From a virus, in IMG/VR virus record IMGVR_UViG_3300042892_004016, positions 1-64,000 of that record: 64,000 nt of DNA; one strand, 5' to 3'. Shown piece after piece: positions 39,201 to 48,594 of this stretch. Under the pieces are notes generated by a model. That model was not told the origin of the DNA and did no database searches. It saw nothing but the letters and a program-made list of their open reading frames with translations. Made by a program: the position numbers and the translations under genes. Each line of letters opens with the position of its first letter. Within the stretch, counting starts at the first letter, position 1.

Positions 39201-39658
39201 TGCCAATTGGCATTGGCTGGATCATTCCACAGAATGGATATGCCACTCAGGTTGAATCCATTGATATCGTTGATGCTTTCAGTTGTCTTTACACTGGTTA
39301 CTTTCAAATAACCCTGACCACTCAAGTTTCTTTTAGGGTTGTATCCGATCAGATTGGCCAGCTTGATTACACTGTCTCGTCTTTCGGCAGTATCAATGAA
39401 GTTTTCTCTGGTATTCAAATCATCACGGAACGCCAATGCCTGTCCCATAAAGGCGATAACATCCAGCAGTGCAATGTATTCGCTGCTTTCGGTATAGTCA
39501 TTGAAAGTTTCCGGATAGTATGTTCGCAGATAGTCTACAAAACTCTTTCTAAGAGTCTCATAGTCGTAGCTTTGGAAACTGGCTTGACTGAAAGTCTGAT
39601 AGAGCGTCTTCCAGTCATTTACCCCAAATATTGTAGATTGTCGTGAGCTTGTGGCCAT
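36266..39658 (-). CDS. Baseplate wedge subunit, T4 gp6-like
   Basis: F.SYDYETLR...FNDY.ESSE..ALLD..A, ENFIDTAERRDSV.KLA, FGDGVFG..P and ES...IK.RAP..Y.SQNRMV..EDY motifs. Confidence 0.88.
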   Translation of the reverse strand: MATSSRQSTIFGVNDWKTLYQTFSQASFQSYDYETLRKSFVDYLRTYYPETFNDYTESSEYIALLDVIAFMGQALAFRDDLNTRENFIDTAERRDSVIKLANLIGYNPKRNLSGQGYLKVTSVKTTESINDINGFNLSGISILWNDPANANWQEQFNSIINAALIGSQRVGRPGNSKSILGITTDEYSLQIPTTASPVIPFSAIVQGSKMNFEAVSVTSMDQDYVYEISPTPRGKFNVLYRNDNLGYGSANTGFFMYFKQGTLQNYDFTLDQKISNQLIDIDIEGISENDTWLFKVDSVTGALAEWTKVDSVYATTDTTVSGEGRQFFSVKSRFNDQVSYAFGDGVFGEMPIGTFRSYVRTGNALQYTIDPSEMQGTTLTISYVSKVGRTETLTIELALTEAVSNAQSRESVDNIKLRAPTKYYSQNRMVNGEDYNTFPNALYSSIIKSKSLNRSSIGVARNFDLLDPTGKYSSVNSFAQDGALYQNNKDRVTIFSLEQGANSIISFLTNKLLGVLSSTQTLQHYNATYPKYQVVYNITVDAVVVPKKPIWNKTSFNGTNITGYFKLEDSTGNTEPIAVGIYTGDNLKYCTSGALLKFIPPAGYYFTDTGLVAGLPTPSSKMYIWATVVNVVDDGYNGGEGNLSNGLGPVALSTDIPAGALLETILPAFDNMLPNRIVQSAIARASVNQSFSLSYNNSFTMNLPRWFIGDYSETDYVVNFKSLGDGKYSVSSRSLSYYFGSVKDSRFTYDRNKVIYDPLTGKLLYDTVKVLKTNSLPGTNFAFADDVNLAVIGQTVESDGYVDDYSIEVSSINPNNNGLVNDPDFFKYVTGYTTGSTNSSQYVFVRRIVDANLLNKYEIVASTSVNYAFSSVSSIELAKYDYPIGQVFYAYAEDKFYMSSQDSTSANIILISSLTNYSALTGRQGLYFHYRHNSSNTTRINPGTTNIIDIYVVTSSYYTQYTNWIQDATNKLPEPAIPTIYELKQSYSKVDEYKMLSDTVLLNSVKFKPLFGSKASIELQATIKVIRNSNVTASDSEIRIATINAINTYFDIGNWNFGDTFYFSELSAYLHSEIGDLISSAILVPNNSQLSFGDLYEIRSAPYEIFVNAAQATDIVVISSLTADQLKPNS

Positions 39659-39707
39659 ATAAAATTCTTCTGTTTAGTATATTTATCAATACAAAAAATC
39701 GGGGTTT

Positions 39708-40157
39708 TTAAGCCAGACTGGCAATATTGGTTCCCTGATCAAACATCACCGTCAACTCTTGTACCACGTTATTGGGTAATATTGCCAATTCAACGTCCAA
39801 TCGGATACTGTTCTCATTGGGAGTGACTGCCACTGTGTTCAGTATCAATCTGGGGTCTTGCGCAATTATTCTACGCACTTCATACTCTATCTGTCTCTGT
39901 GTATCAACCGTGTTGGGTTCAAATAGCATTGACCATAAGCTAGTTCCGTATTCTGGATTGCCTGGTTTAGATCCCTGAGGAATATTGAATGCATTTATCA
40001 AGTCTTGTATAACCAGCTGCTCGTCGGTGAGTTGAAATTTACTGGATCTGGGTGCAGGCTGAACGCTGAGTCCAGCAGAAGTTGTCACACCCAATGGGAT
40101 ATTGGTTGCACGTACTTGATTGAAGTTTTTGGATGAGAATCCCACATAGTATGTCAT
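39708..40157 (-). CDS. Baseplate wedge subunit, gp25-like
   Basis: LV.QDL.N.F....G.K...PEYGT.LW..LFEP...DPR motif. Confidence 0.85.
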   Translation of the reverse strand: MTYYVGFSSKNFNQVRATNIPLGVTTSAGLSVQPAPRSSKFQLTDEQLVIQDLINAFNIPQGSKPGNPEYGTSLWSMLFEPNTVDTQRQIEYEVRRIIAQDPRLILNTVAVTPNENSIRLDVELAILPNNVVQELTVMFDQGTNIASLA

Positions 40158-40172
40158 ATTATTTTATTCCTG

Positions 40173-43100
40173 TTAAGCCAGCATCTGTTTAGTTATATCG
40201 CCCATTTCCGTTTGTATTTCTTGGATTCTGGCCAAACATTGTTTATACTGGGCTTCTGCTTCCACTGCGTCTGCACTATCAGGGCCGTATGCTTTCTGTG
40301 CTTTGTACACGGCCTTGCTTAGGTCCCACTTGACATCTTGCTTGATGTTCAGTTCTTTTTTTAATGTAGAGTATTGTTTCTGTAGTTCAGGAGATGGCGG
40401 TTTGATATTCGCTGTTCCGCCAGCAGTAATCGGCAATGGTATGCCAGGTCCCAACAGCAGTGCAGCCTGAGCATTCATCTCTCCCCTGTCTACTGTGTTG
40501 ATGGCCAATGTGGGCAACTTGATTGTGGCCGCGCTGCCTGAAGACAACGATGCAACTGAGTTGTTTAGGTTAGCCAATTGAGAGGCGTCCATGCCTGCTG
40601 CTGCCAGTGCATCAAGTCCCAAATTGGGATTTTGTTTTAACGCACTTAAATTTAAATTCACACCAGACGTATTGTTTAGATTAGCCATTGCAGTTTGTGC
40701 TGCGGTAGTAACAGGATTGGCGGTGCCAAGAGCAGACCCTTGTTTGGCCTTGTCTATTAGGTTTCCAACGGTGCTGACTGCACCAGTTACCCCACCCACT
40801 ACTGATTTTACTGTGCCGGATATGGCTGATCCAACTGCGCCTGCCGCATCCTTTAGGGTAAACGGTGCGATTTTGTTTTTTGCACTGGCTGCTAAATCGC
40901 CCCCTAGTTGACCTGCTGATCCTTGAACACCGGGTAGCGTGGTAGCGGCAGCTTTTGCTTTTGCTGCTTCGGCTTCCGCTTTGATGGTGGTGAGATTCTG
41001 TTCTACTCCTGCTTTGAGCGCAACCATAGTAGATTTAACTGCGGCAAACGCCGATGCTGCCGCACCTTTAACTTGGTCTGCCACTGCGGTTGCACCACTC
41101 TTAAGTGACCCTAATAGTTTGCCTGCAGCTCCTGTTACTTTGTCTGCCATGCCAGCAGCAAAATTGCCTGCTGATATTGTATTGGCTATTGGACTCTTGA
41201 GCATGCTGGGTGATAGTGCTCCCAGGCCTCCCTGCACTCCTGGCAGTGAAGTAATATTGCTGCTGACAGAGTTGACAAATGCAGCGGTAGCTGCTATGCC
41301 ATGTGTGGCTGTGCTGGTTACCAGACCAGCAATCTGTGCTGGGCTTTCTTTTCCTGTGATGATGCCCGCACTCTGTAGTTGTCCCAGTCCCTGCTGCATC
41401 AGCGTTACTTGAGCACCAACCTGAACCTTAGGGCTACCCAAGAATTGCTCTACGTTGTTTATATTGTCTTTGCCAGTAAACAGATTGGAGGGAATCGCTT
41501 TGGCAAGTGTGGCACCACCGTTGGTCAATGAGTTTACCAAGTCTGCCGCACCTGGTTTCAAGATACCTGCTTGCTCAAGCTGAGCTGGAGTATGACCCAA
41601 TGCTCCCAACACTGCCATTTTTGTTCCAGCCAAGTCAGTTACTATGCCAGTGCCCTTAATAGCAGCAGCAATTTTAGGATCAGTAGCTGCAGTGACCGCA
41701 GACTGCGATACCAACGCATTGGTTGTGTTTTTGTCAATAAAGGCACTCACTGCGTCACCTGTGGGCACTGTGGCTGCCAAAGTTGGAGTAGTGGGATTGT
41801 CAGGCGCCGGGTCTACCGAGTTATTAATATTGCTAATCGCAGTGCTGGGTTCAGCTGGCAGTGTACTTGACGCATTACTGTTGACCTTAACATCAACACC
41901 CAAATTTGAATTAATCCAGGGACTGTGAGCTGGTGCTCTTGAGGTAATGCTGGTCAACAATGCGGGTGCAGTTATCCATCCTTTAACCTTGTCAAACAGT
42001 GTATCTGGATGAGCAGTGATTCCAATGGGCTTTACTTCTTTGGGCTTGAGTGCAGTTGAGCCAGTGTTCAAGTTAATAGTAGGACCGCCATTGATAAACG
42101 TGGTTTTACTGCTGGCCAATGATGCATCTCCTTTGCTGTCGATGCTCATTGCCTTTTCAACTTTAACAGTATGGTCACCCAGGGTGTGCTGCGAGAATTC
42201 TGTGCCCACTCTTATGTTGGTGTCAGCGTCACTGTTGATATTAATTTGTTCGCCATAGATGTTCAATGCTTTTTTGGCATTTAGGTTTATGTTATTGTCA
42301 GCATGGAAGTTCAGATCACCCTGTGTTCTGATGTTAACACTGTTGGTGGCATACAAATCAATGGTACCTTCTTTGCCCAACTCCACATAACTCTGACCAT
42401 TGGCGTGAACTATGAACAGTGTTTGTCCATCATCACTGAGTGTTATCTGATGACCAGTGGATGTTCTCAGTCTGACCATCTGATTCCGTCCCTGGATGTC
42501 GCCGTCATCCATGACAAAACTGTGACCACCTCTGCGGCCTATTATCTTTAATTCCTGACTGGTTGCATTGGTTATTCTGCTGGCTACCTCAGGTTCAGTG
42601 CCAGTCAAGCCACCCTTGTAAATTGGACGGCCCGGAGTTGATATACCAAACACTCGGCTGGGACTTTCACGCATGGCTGAGCTGGTTACGGTGCCGCGTA
42701 TGGGATCTCTGATCAGTCCTTGTTGAAATAGTTGTCCAGCAACAAAGCTGTGAATTGGTCTGGGTTCGTTGAAGAACGCAACTGATTCTGACAGTTTGGT
42801 GTTGCTGTCATTGAATTCTGTTACTGGCAGTGTGGTGGCGCCGCCATATCCTTCAGCTTCTGTTGCATTGGGCACTATTACAGGGGATGCGCCCACTGCT
42901 GGCACCATGTGCGTCATTCCTGGTCTGGGAATAGAACCTATATAGAATCCTCTGTTTCTTTTCGCATTGATGAATACGCACACTACTTCGCTGTTGATAT
43001 CCGGTGGCTGTGACCAAAAGCCATAACTGTGTGAGTTTTCTGTGTATGTGCCAAAGCTGGTTTTGTTTACTGAGTCACCCTGGGTAATACCATAGAAGGG

Positions 43101-43307
43101 CGACATTACACTGACGGGTATCCAATTTGTACTGTCATCTGGATTCTGTCCACCAAAGTCTGAGATATACACCCTGATTCTGCCAGTTCTGGCTGAGTCA
43201 ATTGTGTCTTTTACTATGCCCACCACTGGATATGGTATGTCAATTTCGCCGCCTTTGTTGGGCTTGTACGCGGCGCTGGTGCCTCTGATCTTAGGTACGT
43301 TATCCAT
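40173..43307 (-). CDS. Baseplate hub/central spike, gp5/VgrG-like, with long Ala/Gly-rich extension
   Basis: OB-fold start (GIVKD..D..RTGRIRVYI...W..V...SPFYG, SYGFW..PPD); GHSFVMDDGD..G....RLRTSTGHQI beta-helix region. Confidence 0.82.
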   Translation of the reverse strand: MDNVPKIRGTSAAYKPNKGGEIDIPYPVVGIVKDTIDSARTGRIRVYISDFGGQNPDDSTNWIPVSVMSPFYGITQGDSVNKTSFGTYTENSHSYGFWSQPPDINSEVVCVFINAKRNRGFYIGSIPRPGMTHMVPAVGASPVIVPNATEAEGYGGATTLPVTEFNDSNTKLSESVAFFNEPRPIHSFVAGQLFQQGLIRDPIRGTVTSSAMRESPSRVFGISTPGRPIYKGGLTGTEPEVASRITNATSQELKIIGRRGGHSFVMDDGDIQGRNQMVRLRTSTGHQITLSDDGQTLFIVHANGQSYVELGKEGTIDLYATNSVNIRTQGDLNFHADNNINLNAKKALNIYGEQININSDADTNIRVGTEFSQHTLGDHTVKVEKAMSIDSKGDASLASSKTTFINGGPTINLNTGSTALKPKEVKPIGITAHPDTLFDKVKGWITAPALLTSITSRAPAHSPWINSNLGVDVKVNSNASSTLPAEPSTAISNINNSVDPAPDNPTTPTLAATVPTGDAVSAFIDKNTTNALVSQSAVTAATDPKIAAAIKGTGIVTDLAGTKMAVLGALGHTPAQLEQAGILKPGAADLVNSLTNGGATLAKAIPSNLFTGKDNINNVEQFLGSPKVQVGAQVTLMQQGLGQLQSAGIITGKESPAQIAGLVTSTATHGIAATAAFVNSVSSNITSLPGVQGGLGALSPSMLKSPIANTISAGNFAAGMADKVTGAAGKLLGSLKSGATAVADQVKGAAASAFAAVKSTMVALKAGVEQNLTTIKAEAEAAKAKAAATTLPGVQGSAGQLGGDLAASAKNKIAPFTLKDAAGAVGSAISGTVKSVVGGVTGAVSTVGNLIDKAKQGSALGTANPVTTAAQTAMANLNNTSGVNLNLSALKQNPNLGLDALAAAGMDASQLANLNNSVASLSSGSAATIKLPTLAINTVDRGEMNAQAALLLGPGIPLPITAGGTANIKPPSPELQKQYSTLKKELNIKQDVKWDLSKAVYKAQKAYGPDSADAVEAEAQYKQCLARIQEIQTEMGDITKQMLA

Positions 43308-43317
43308 GTTTTTTCAA

Positions 43318-45996
43318 TTAAATTGTAAAGGAACTTCTGGGAGAGTAGCCCTGAGCATCAGCCACTGTTGTACTGTTGTCATCGTCAGCAGTTTGTTTGC
43401 CAGCAGTGTTGGTTCCCAGTACACCTTGACCACCCTGTACACCAAATAAACCTGATGTAGTTGCTGTTTTTGCGGATGCAGGCACTGATGCGTTTGCTGC
43501 ATTTGGTGGGGTTTCCACTGGAGTCCCAACAATAGTTCCGGGTGCGGCTGAGCCTGTTGGTTTAGTCAATCCAGGTACGAGTTTAGCTAGAACTGCGCGA
43601 TTGGTTTCCTCCACATAGGCAGTGCCTGCTGACTTACTCAACTCAGATTTAAATGGAGGACTCCACAGTACCAAATTTAAATCTTGTGTAAAGCGCCCAC
43701 GTGAGAAGGTAGAACTAACATCGTTTACCAAATATGAGATACCCTCAATTTTTAATTCAGGTGGATAACGGTAAACTTCTACCTGATTATTAATAGGCAT
43801 CAATCCAGTACTAGTATCATAATCACTGACCTCATTGAAACTTATCTCTATAAATATCTGACCAGCATGTGCATTTATAGAATAATCTTCACCATAGAAT
43901 TTTTTATACACCTGATACTCCATGCCCATTGTGGTCATCAAATAATCTGGATCTCCCAGTATAGATATCTTAGCTAGTGCCTTATCTCCCGGGCTGTACA
44001 AACTGGTTTTTACTGTGGCCGCTGCCTGACCAGCCAAGTTGTTGAGACCTGAGTCTGACTGATCGCTTCTGGCACCCACATTAACCTCAACTGGAGGAGA
44101 TGTGTTGTCAGCGGGTTGTCGTAAAGAATTCATGTAGTACAACGAATTATATGTTTGTTCGTAATTTATAATCTCGTTATTCTCACCAGTGTATATGTAC
44201 TTGTATCTTTTGTGAGCACCGTGGTACTGTGTAGTTTTAGATACATATGCTGATCTTACATACGGCACCAGATATTCTCTTACTTGATATGTTATGCTAT
44301 ACGCCATACCACACGTTATCTCATCGTACCCCAATGACTCTACTATTGGCACAATAATGTACCACTTGAGTGGTTTCGGGTTGGCGTTAACCTCTACCTG
44401 ATTGCCCGCGTCTGACTCCGTTTGAAAACTATTGAGTGCATCACGGACATAAGAACTCTGACTTATGATATTATCAATGATCTGAGTCACAGAGGCACCT
44501 GCGGTAACCTGATAGGTCTGTGTGGTTTTATCAAAATTTAGCCCCAGTGAATTTTTGTCATTGGCCTCAGATATGTTGGCATTATTGTTAATGGGGGACT
44601 TGTATTTGGGAATGTCGTTTGAATTTACCAACTTGGCGTCAGCAATATCTTTACTATTAGGTCCCACAAAATCAATGTGGTATATGTTGGGCATCTGTAT
44701 CAGCTTGTTGCCTGGAGAAGCATTAAACTTGGCCTGCTCCTGTGCGTTCATGACTCCTGTCAAGCTGTAGTTGGTCTTACCAGATAATATTTCGGCTACC
44801 GTACCACCTTTAATATCTAAATGACTTTTTATCGTGTTCTTCAATACGCCGGCTGCCACGTTCATGGACACCGTTTGTGCTTTTATTGAATACGTGGTTG
44901 CTCTGCCATCTAACTTAAAATTCAAGTGAGTTAGGTATATGGGAAAATACCTGGGGAACAGGGAGCCGTCATTTTTTGAATCTGCGGCCGGAGTGATTCC
45001 TTTTGATACGTTACCCGCAGAATCATACCCGTAAAACTTTATACCCAGCATGTAGTGTTGCTGCATATGATGCGCTGCTTTTTTTATTCCTGGCAGGTTA
45101 GATTTGTTAATGGTATCAAGTGCTGCAGCTTTTAATTGTGAAACAAAACTAAATCCATATGGCTCGTATATTTTGAATTCGAAGTCAACAGAATCCACGA
45201 TGGGACCATCACTGACCTTGGTGCTGCAGAATGTTTTGAAGGTCAAGTCATCTATGTAAAAATCCAATGGGAAAGGACCTGTTCCAGTTTTAGCAGAGCC
45301 GCCTGATTGGCATACCAGGATGAACTTGGAAGTATCAACTTTTCCACTAGTGGTAAAATCAGCGTAGCTTTCAGGTGTAATCATGTACAATGATATGTTA
45401 TAGGTGTAACTGGATAGCTGGCTTAATGGGTTGTAATCACGGGCTCCAGGCTGATCCACAGCGGGGCCAGCTGCTGCAGCACCATTAGCTGTACCAGCAG
45501 TTACAGGTTTGGCTGCATCATCTCCTGTTGCAACTGGTGGTGCCTCTTTGGCGATGGGGGTGGGGGCGTCTGGTCCGGCCGAGTTGTTCGCCGCTGCCGC
45601 TGATTTCTTCTCTACCGCCGCGGCTTTCGTTTCTTCATTAGATTTTGCTGTAGTTACTGCATTGTTTAAGGTTTCTTTAAATAATATGGTGTTAGCATTT
45701 ATTGCGGTTGCATCGGCTGTCTGACGTATTATTTCTGCCCGAAGTAAGAGCTTTTCTGATCCATTCGGCATCGCATTTACCGCAGCTATATGGGCATCAT
45801 AACTTTGCTCGATGGTGTTAAAATATTGCGTTTTATTTTCGGCACTAGCTGCATCTCTTTTTTCTTTTAAGGCACTGTACCGTGCAAAAGCATCGGTTGA
45901 TTTAGGATCTATTGAATCAAATTCACTTTGAAAGCCAGCCTGCTTATTTTTTACATTAACATAAAATTGCCTAGCTAAATCCACAATAGCTGTCAT
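43318..45996 (-). CDS. Baseplate hub protein (gp27-like)
   Basis: NPL....SYTYNISLY, F.IYEPYGFSF, K.YKYIYTGEN, I.ILGDPDYL and S.FS.G.FTQ.L motifs; baseplate context. Confidence 0.65.
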   Translation of the reverse strand: MTAIVDLARQFYVNVKNKQAGFQSEFDSIDPKSTDAFARYSALKEKRDAASAENKTQYFNTIEQSYDAHIAAVNAMPNGSEKLLLRAEIIRQTADATAINANTILFKETLNNAVTTAKSNEETKAAAVEKKSAAAANNSAGPDAPTPIAKEAPPVATGDDAAKPVTAGTANGAAAAGPAVDQPGARDYNPLSQLSSYTYNISLYMITPESYADFTTSGKVDTSKFILVCQSGGSAKTGTGPFPLDFYIDDLTFKTFCSTKVSDGPIVDSVDFEFKIYEPYGFSFVSQLKAAALDTINKSNLPGIKKAAHHMQQHYMLGIKFYGYDSAGNVSKGITPAADSKNDGSLFPRYFPIYLTHLNFKLDGRATTYSIKAQTVSMNVAAGVLKNTIKSHLDIKGGTVAEILSGKTNYSLTGVMNAQEQAKFNASPGNKLIQMPNIYHIDFVGPNSKDIADAKLVNSNDIPKYKSPINNNANISEANDKNSLGLNFDKTTQTYQVTAGASVTQIIDNIISQSSYVRDALNSFQTESDAGNQVEVNANPKPLKWYIIVPIVESLGYDEITCGMAYSITYQVREYLVPYVRSAYVSKTTQYHGAHKRYKYIYTGENNEIINYEQTYNSLYYMNSLRQPADNTSPPVEVNVGARSDQSDSGLNNLAGQAAATVKTSLYSPGDKALAKISILGDPDYLMTTMGMEYQVYKKFYGEDYSINAHAGQIFIEISFNEVSDYDTSTGLMPINNQVEVYRYPPELKIEGISYLVNDVSSTFSRGRFTQDLNLVLWSPPFKSELSKSAGTAYVEETNRAVLAKLVPGLTKPTGSAAPGTIVGTPVETPPNAANASVPASAKTATTSGLFGVQGGQGVLGTNTAGKQTADDDNSTTVADAQGYSPRSSFTI

Positions 45997-45997
45997 A

Positions 45998-46294
45998 TTA
46001 TAATCCCAACGCTTCTCTTAGGGAGTTTAACTGTGGTAAGTATATGCTGGTGCCAGCAACAAAATCAAACAAGGGATCTTTGATTCTGTTGGGGTTTCTG
46101 GCGGCAAATACCCACCACAAACTTGAATCATCATATATATCGTTTGCCAGCAGATCAGGACGATACTCGTATGTTGGCGTTATAGTCCAATAGGTATCCA
46201 ACTGATTCTTGGGTATGTGCCGATCAGCCATAATGTCTAAAAATTGATTATTTACTATAATGGTGTTATAGTAGGGACTAGTTGATTTATACAT
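45998..46294 (-). CDS. Baseplate wedge protein, gp53-like (LysM-like)
   Basis: YEYRPDLLA.D.Y....LWWVFA.RNP motif. Confidence 0.85.
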   Translation of the reverse strand: MYKSTSPYYNTIIVNNQFLDIMADRHIPKNQLDTYWTITPTYEYRPDLLANDIYDDSSLWWVFAARNPNRIKDPLFDFVAGTSIYLPQLNSLREALGL

Positions 46295-47517
46295 TACCAG
46301 AATCCTCCAAAGCCGCCGTCTTTTCTTGTTGAGCCATTCATCAGTTCTCCTGTTGCATATTTTTGTAAACTAAATTTATTACTGACATCATTCCTAGACA
46401 CCACTGGTGAACACAGCAACTGAATTGTAATTTTTGTGGGTACATACGATGCTAATCCCAAGTTGCCCTCACTCTTAAACACTGGTGGCGGCGTGGCCGC
46501 TGCTGGCTGAACGTTAGATCCAAATAATCTAGATAGCTTGGATGATAAGAATCCTTTCTTGGGGGCAGCGGCGCCAATAATGCTGCCTCTATCAAACGCT
46601 GCTAATCCTGAAGCGGTTAAACCGGCTGGATCTCCTGCGCGAATGTAGTCAACATCATTGGGTAAACTATAAGTAAAGTTGGTTATAACCAATGGGTGTT
46701 TATCGAATTGATATTGGCCGTATCCCGACAAATAACACAGTGGGGGAGGTGTACCTCTTATGGGTGATGAATCTTTCCCATAAAACATCTTGGTCACAGA
46801 CTTGAAAAAATGTATCACTGCCAGCATATAGTTAGCTTCGTTGGTGTCTTGCGCTGTGAATTCTGCGCTTATTGAGATGTCACCCACACTGCTATTTCTG
46901 TATTGAAATATTTTATAGTTAGTATGTGTCAGTTCAACTGGATCATAGCTGGCAGCATATGATACACTGATTGTGGGAGTATAGGGGAAAACCACTCCAC
47001 TGGTGGCCACCAGTGGACGTAAGATGCTTGCTTCGCCTTCCTTAAGTCCTTTGTACAAATAATCTGCATTTGGTGCTAAACTTAGTTTAACTCGCCAATC
47101 ATTGGACTTACCACCAGATATGTCAGCACCCGTAGTCTTCTTGGTGGCAGTCACCGTAGGAGTAGTAGTGGCCGTGATAGTGGGAGCTGCATTGGCAGTG
47201 ATTCCTGCCAAAATACCAGCACTGCCCGCAATGGGTTTTTGCTCTTGCGCTACTACAGGAGCAGCACCAATTGCTCCCACTGAAATTGCACTGTACTTTA
47301 GTGAATCCAGATCAATTGGTTGTGGGGCAGATATTGGCATAGTTGGTTCAACAAAGTTCACCTGCCCGTTTGCACCACCAGAAATAGCATTGTACTTTAA
47401 CGTGTCATTGGAGATCGGGGCAGCCACTGACACCAAAGATGAGGGATCAATAGCTGGTTCGGTTACCCCAAACGCTATATCTTTTACAAACGGTGGTGTT
47501 GATATTGTATCTGCCAT
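46294..47517 (-). CDS. Baseplate/tail-tube initiator protein (gp48/gp54-like)
   Basis: DWRVKLSL, GVVFPYTPTI, HFFKSVTKMFYG, G.PPP.C.L.GYG and F.YSLPNDVDYI motifs. Confidence 0.65.
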   Translation of the reverse strand: MADTISTPPFVKDIAFGVTEPAIDPSSLVSVAAPISNDTLKYNAISGGANGQVNFVEPTMPISAPQPIDLDSLKYSAISVGAIGAAPVVAQEQKPIAGSAGILAGITANAAPTITATTTPTVTATKKTTGADISGGKSNDWRVKLSLAPNADYLYKGLKEGEASILRPLVATSGVVFPYTPTISVSYAASYDPVELTHTNYKIFQYRNSSVGDISISAEFTAQDTNEANYMLAVIHFFKSVTKMFYGKDSSPIRGTPPPLCYLSGYGQYQFDKHPLVITNFTYSLPNDVDYIRAGDPAGLTASGLAAFDRGSIIGAAAPKKGFLSSKLSRLFGSNVQPAAATPPPVFKSEGNLGLASYVPTKITIQLLCSPVVSRNDVSNKFSLQKYATGELMNGSTRKDGGFGGFW

Positions 47518-47588
47518 GATTATTCCCTGTCCTTCTAGTATTTAGCCATAAATATTAGTGGTATTTTTACCTTTCTCCAAGAAATATA

Positions 47589-47618
47589 TTGCATTTCTAT
47601 TACGAAATATGTTATACT
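47589..47618 (+). promoter_or_regulatory. Sigma70-type promoter for the late sigma factor gene
   Basis: TTGCAT-18 nt-TATACT with an extended -10 TG. Confidence 0.55.
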
Positions 47619-47654
47619 TGTCCCAGTGACACAGTTCTAACCTAACCCTTACAT

Positions 47655-48548
47655 ATGAGCATACCAACTAAAAAACCCGTAAACTACTTAAATAACAAAG
47701 ATATTTTGAAGGAAATACACGCCAGCAAGAATTCATATTGCGTGTTTTTGGATCAATCTATCGACCACAGATACGACTTTATCGTAGATATGCCACAGAG
47801 CAGCGTAGAAGACAGCTTGGATTTTGCACTCTCTCCGGAGACTATTCAACAAGCAAAAGAAACCAGAGCCACCAGACTTACCCTATTATCTGGGGCGGCA
47901 GTCAAGCATGAGGACATTCCTGTTACAGATTTGGTGTTCAGGGTAATGACTTGGAGTCATATCCCAGTTGCCCCAAAACAGCCAAGAAAAGTAGACAAGA
48001 AGAAAACTGCCAAAGATATCTTTGAGTTTGAAGATCAGACTGACGAAATCTTTGCAGAGCTGGAAGACCCAATTACTGCAGCAGAAGTTGATGACATGGT
48101 ACACGTGAAGGTTAACTTTCCACCGTTCCAGCATTTCAGATTAGACGATACCAATACGTTCCGATGCATTGGTAAAAGTCACTGGTTGGGAGATTTGGAA
48201 ACAGGATCGTTCAATAAAGATCAAGGCAATATCACAAACAAGTTAGCCAGAATGTACATCATGCTGTGTGAAAAGTATGCCATGAAGTTCAATTGGCGTG
48301 GATACACATACAACGATGAGATGCGCAACAGTGCTATCTTACAGCTAACTTATGTTGGTCTCAGGTTCAACGAAGCCAAGAGTGCAAACCCATTTGCTTA
48401 CTACACAGCAGCTATTACCAATAGTTTCTGTCGTGTGTTGAACACCGAAAAGCGTAGCCAAAATATACGTGATGACATTTTGGAACTCAATGGGTTGAAT
48501 CCAAGTTGGAGTAGACAGAATACCAGTACTTCTTCCTACGAGGAATAA
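47655..48548 (+). CDS. Late-transcription sigma factor, T4 gp55-like
   Basis: NYLNNKD.L.EI start; NWRGYTYNDEM and F...KS.NPFAYYT....NSF motifs; precedes gp47/gp46 as in T4-like phages. Confidence 0.88.
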   Translation: MSIPTKKPVNYLNNKDILKEIHASKNSYCVFLDQSIDHRYDFIVDMPQSSVEDSLDFALSPETIQQAKETRATRLTLLSGAAVKHEDIPVTDLVFRVMTWSHIPVAPKQPRKVDKKKTAKDIFEFEDQTDEIFAELEDPITAAEVDDMVHVKVNFPPFQHFRLDDTNTFRCIGKSHWLGDLETGSFNKDQGNITNKLARMYIMLCEKYAMKFNWRGYTYNDEMRNSAILQLTYVGLRFNEAKSANPFAYYTAAITNSFCRVLNTEKRSQNIRDDILELNGLNPSWSRQNTSTSSYEE

Positions 48549-48559
48549 TACCAATCTGC

Positions 48560-48588
48560 TTGTTATCAGGCCCAACGTCTGTTATAAT
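48560..48588 (+). promoter_or_regulatory. Sigma70-type promoter for gp47, probably giving a leaderless mRNA
   Basis: TTGTTA-17 nt-TATAAT with extended TG; the ATG lies 6 nt after the -10 box and there is no SD. Confidence 0.6.
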
Positions 48589-48594
48589 TAACAC

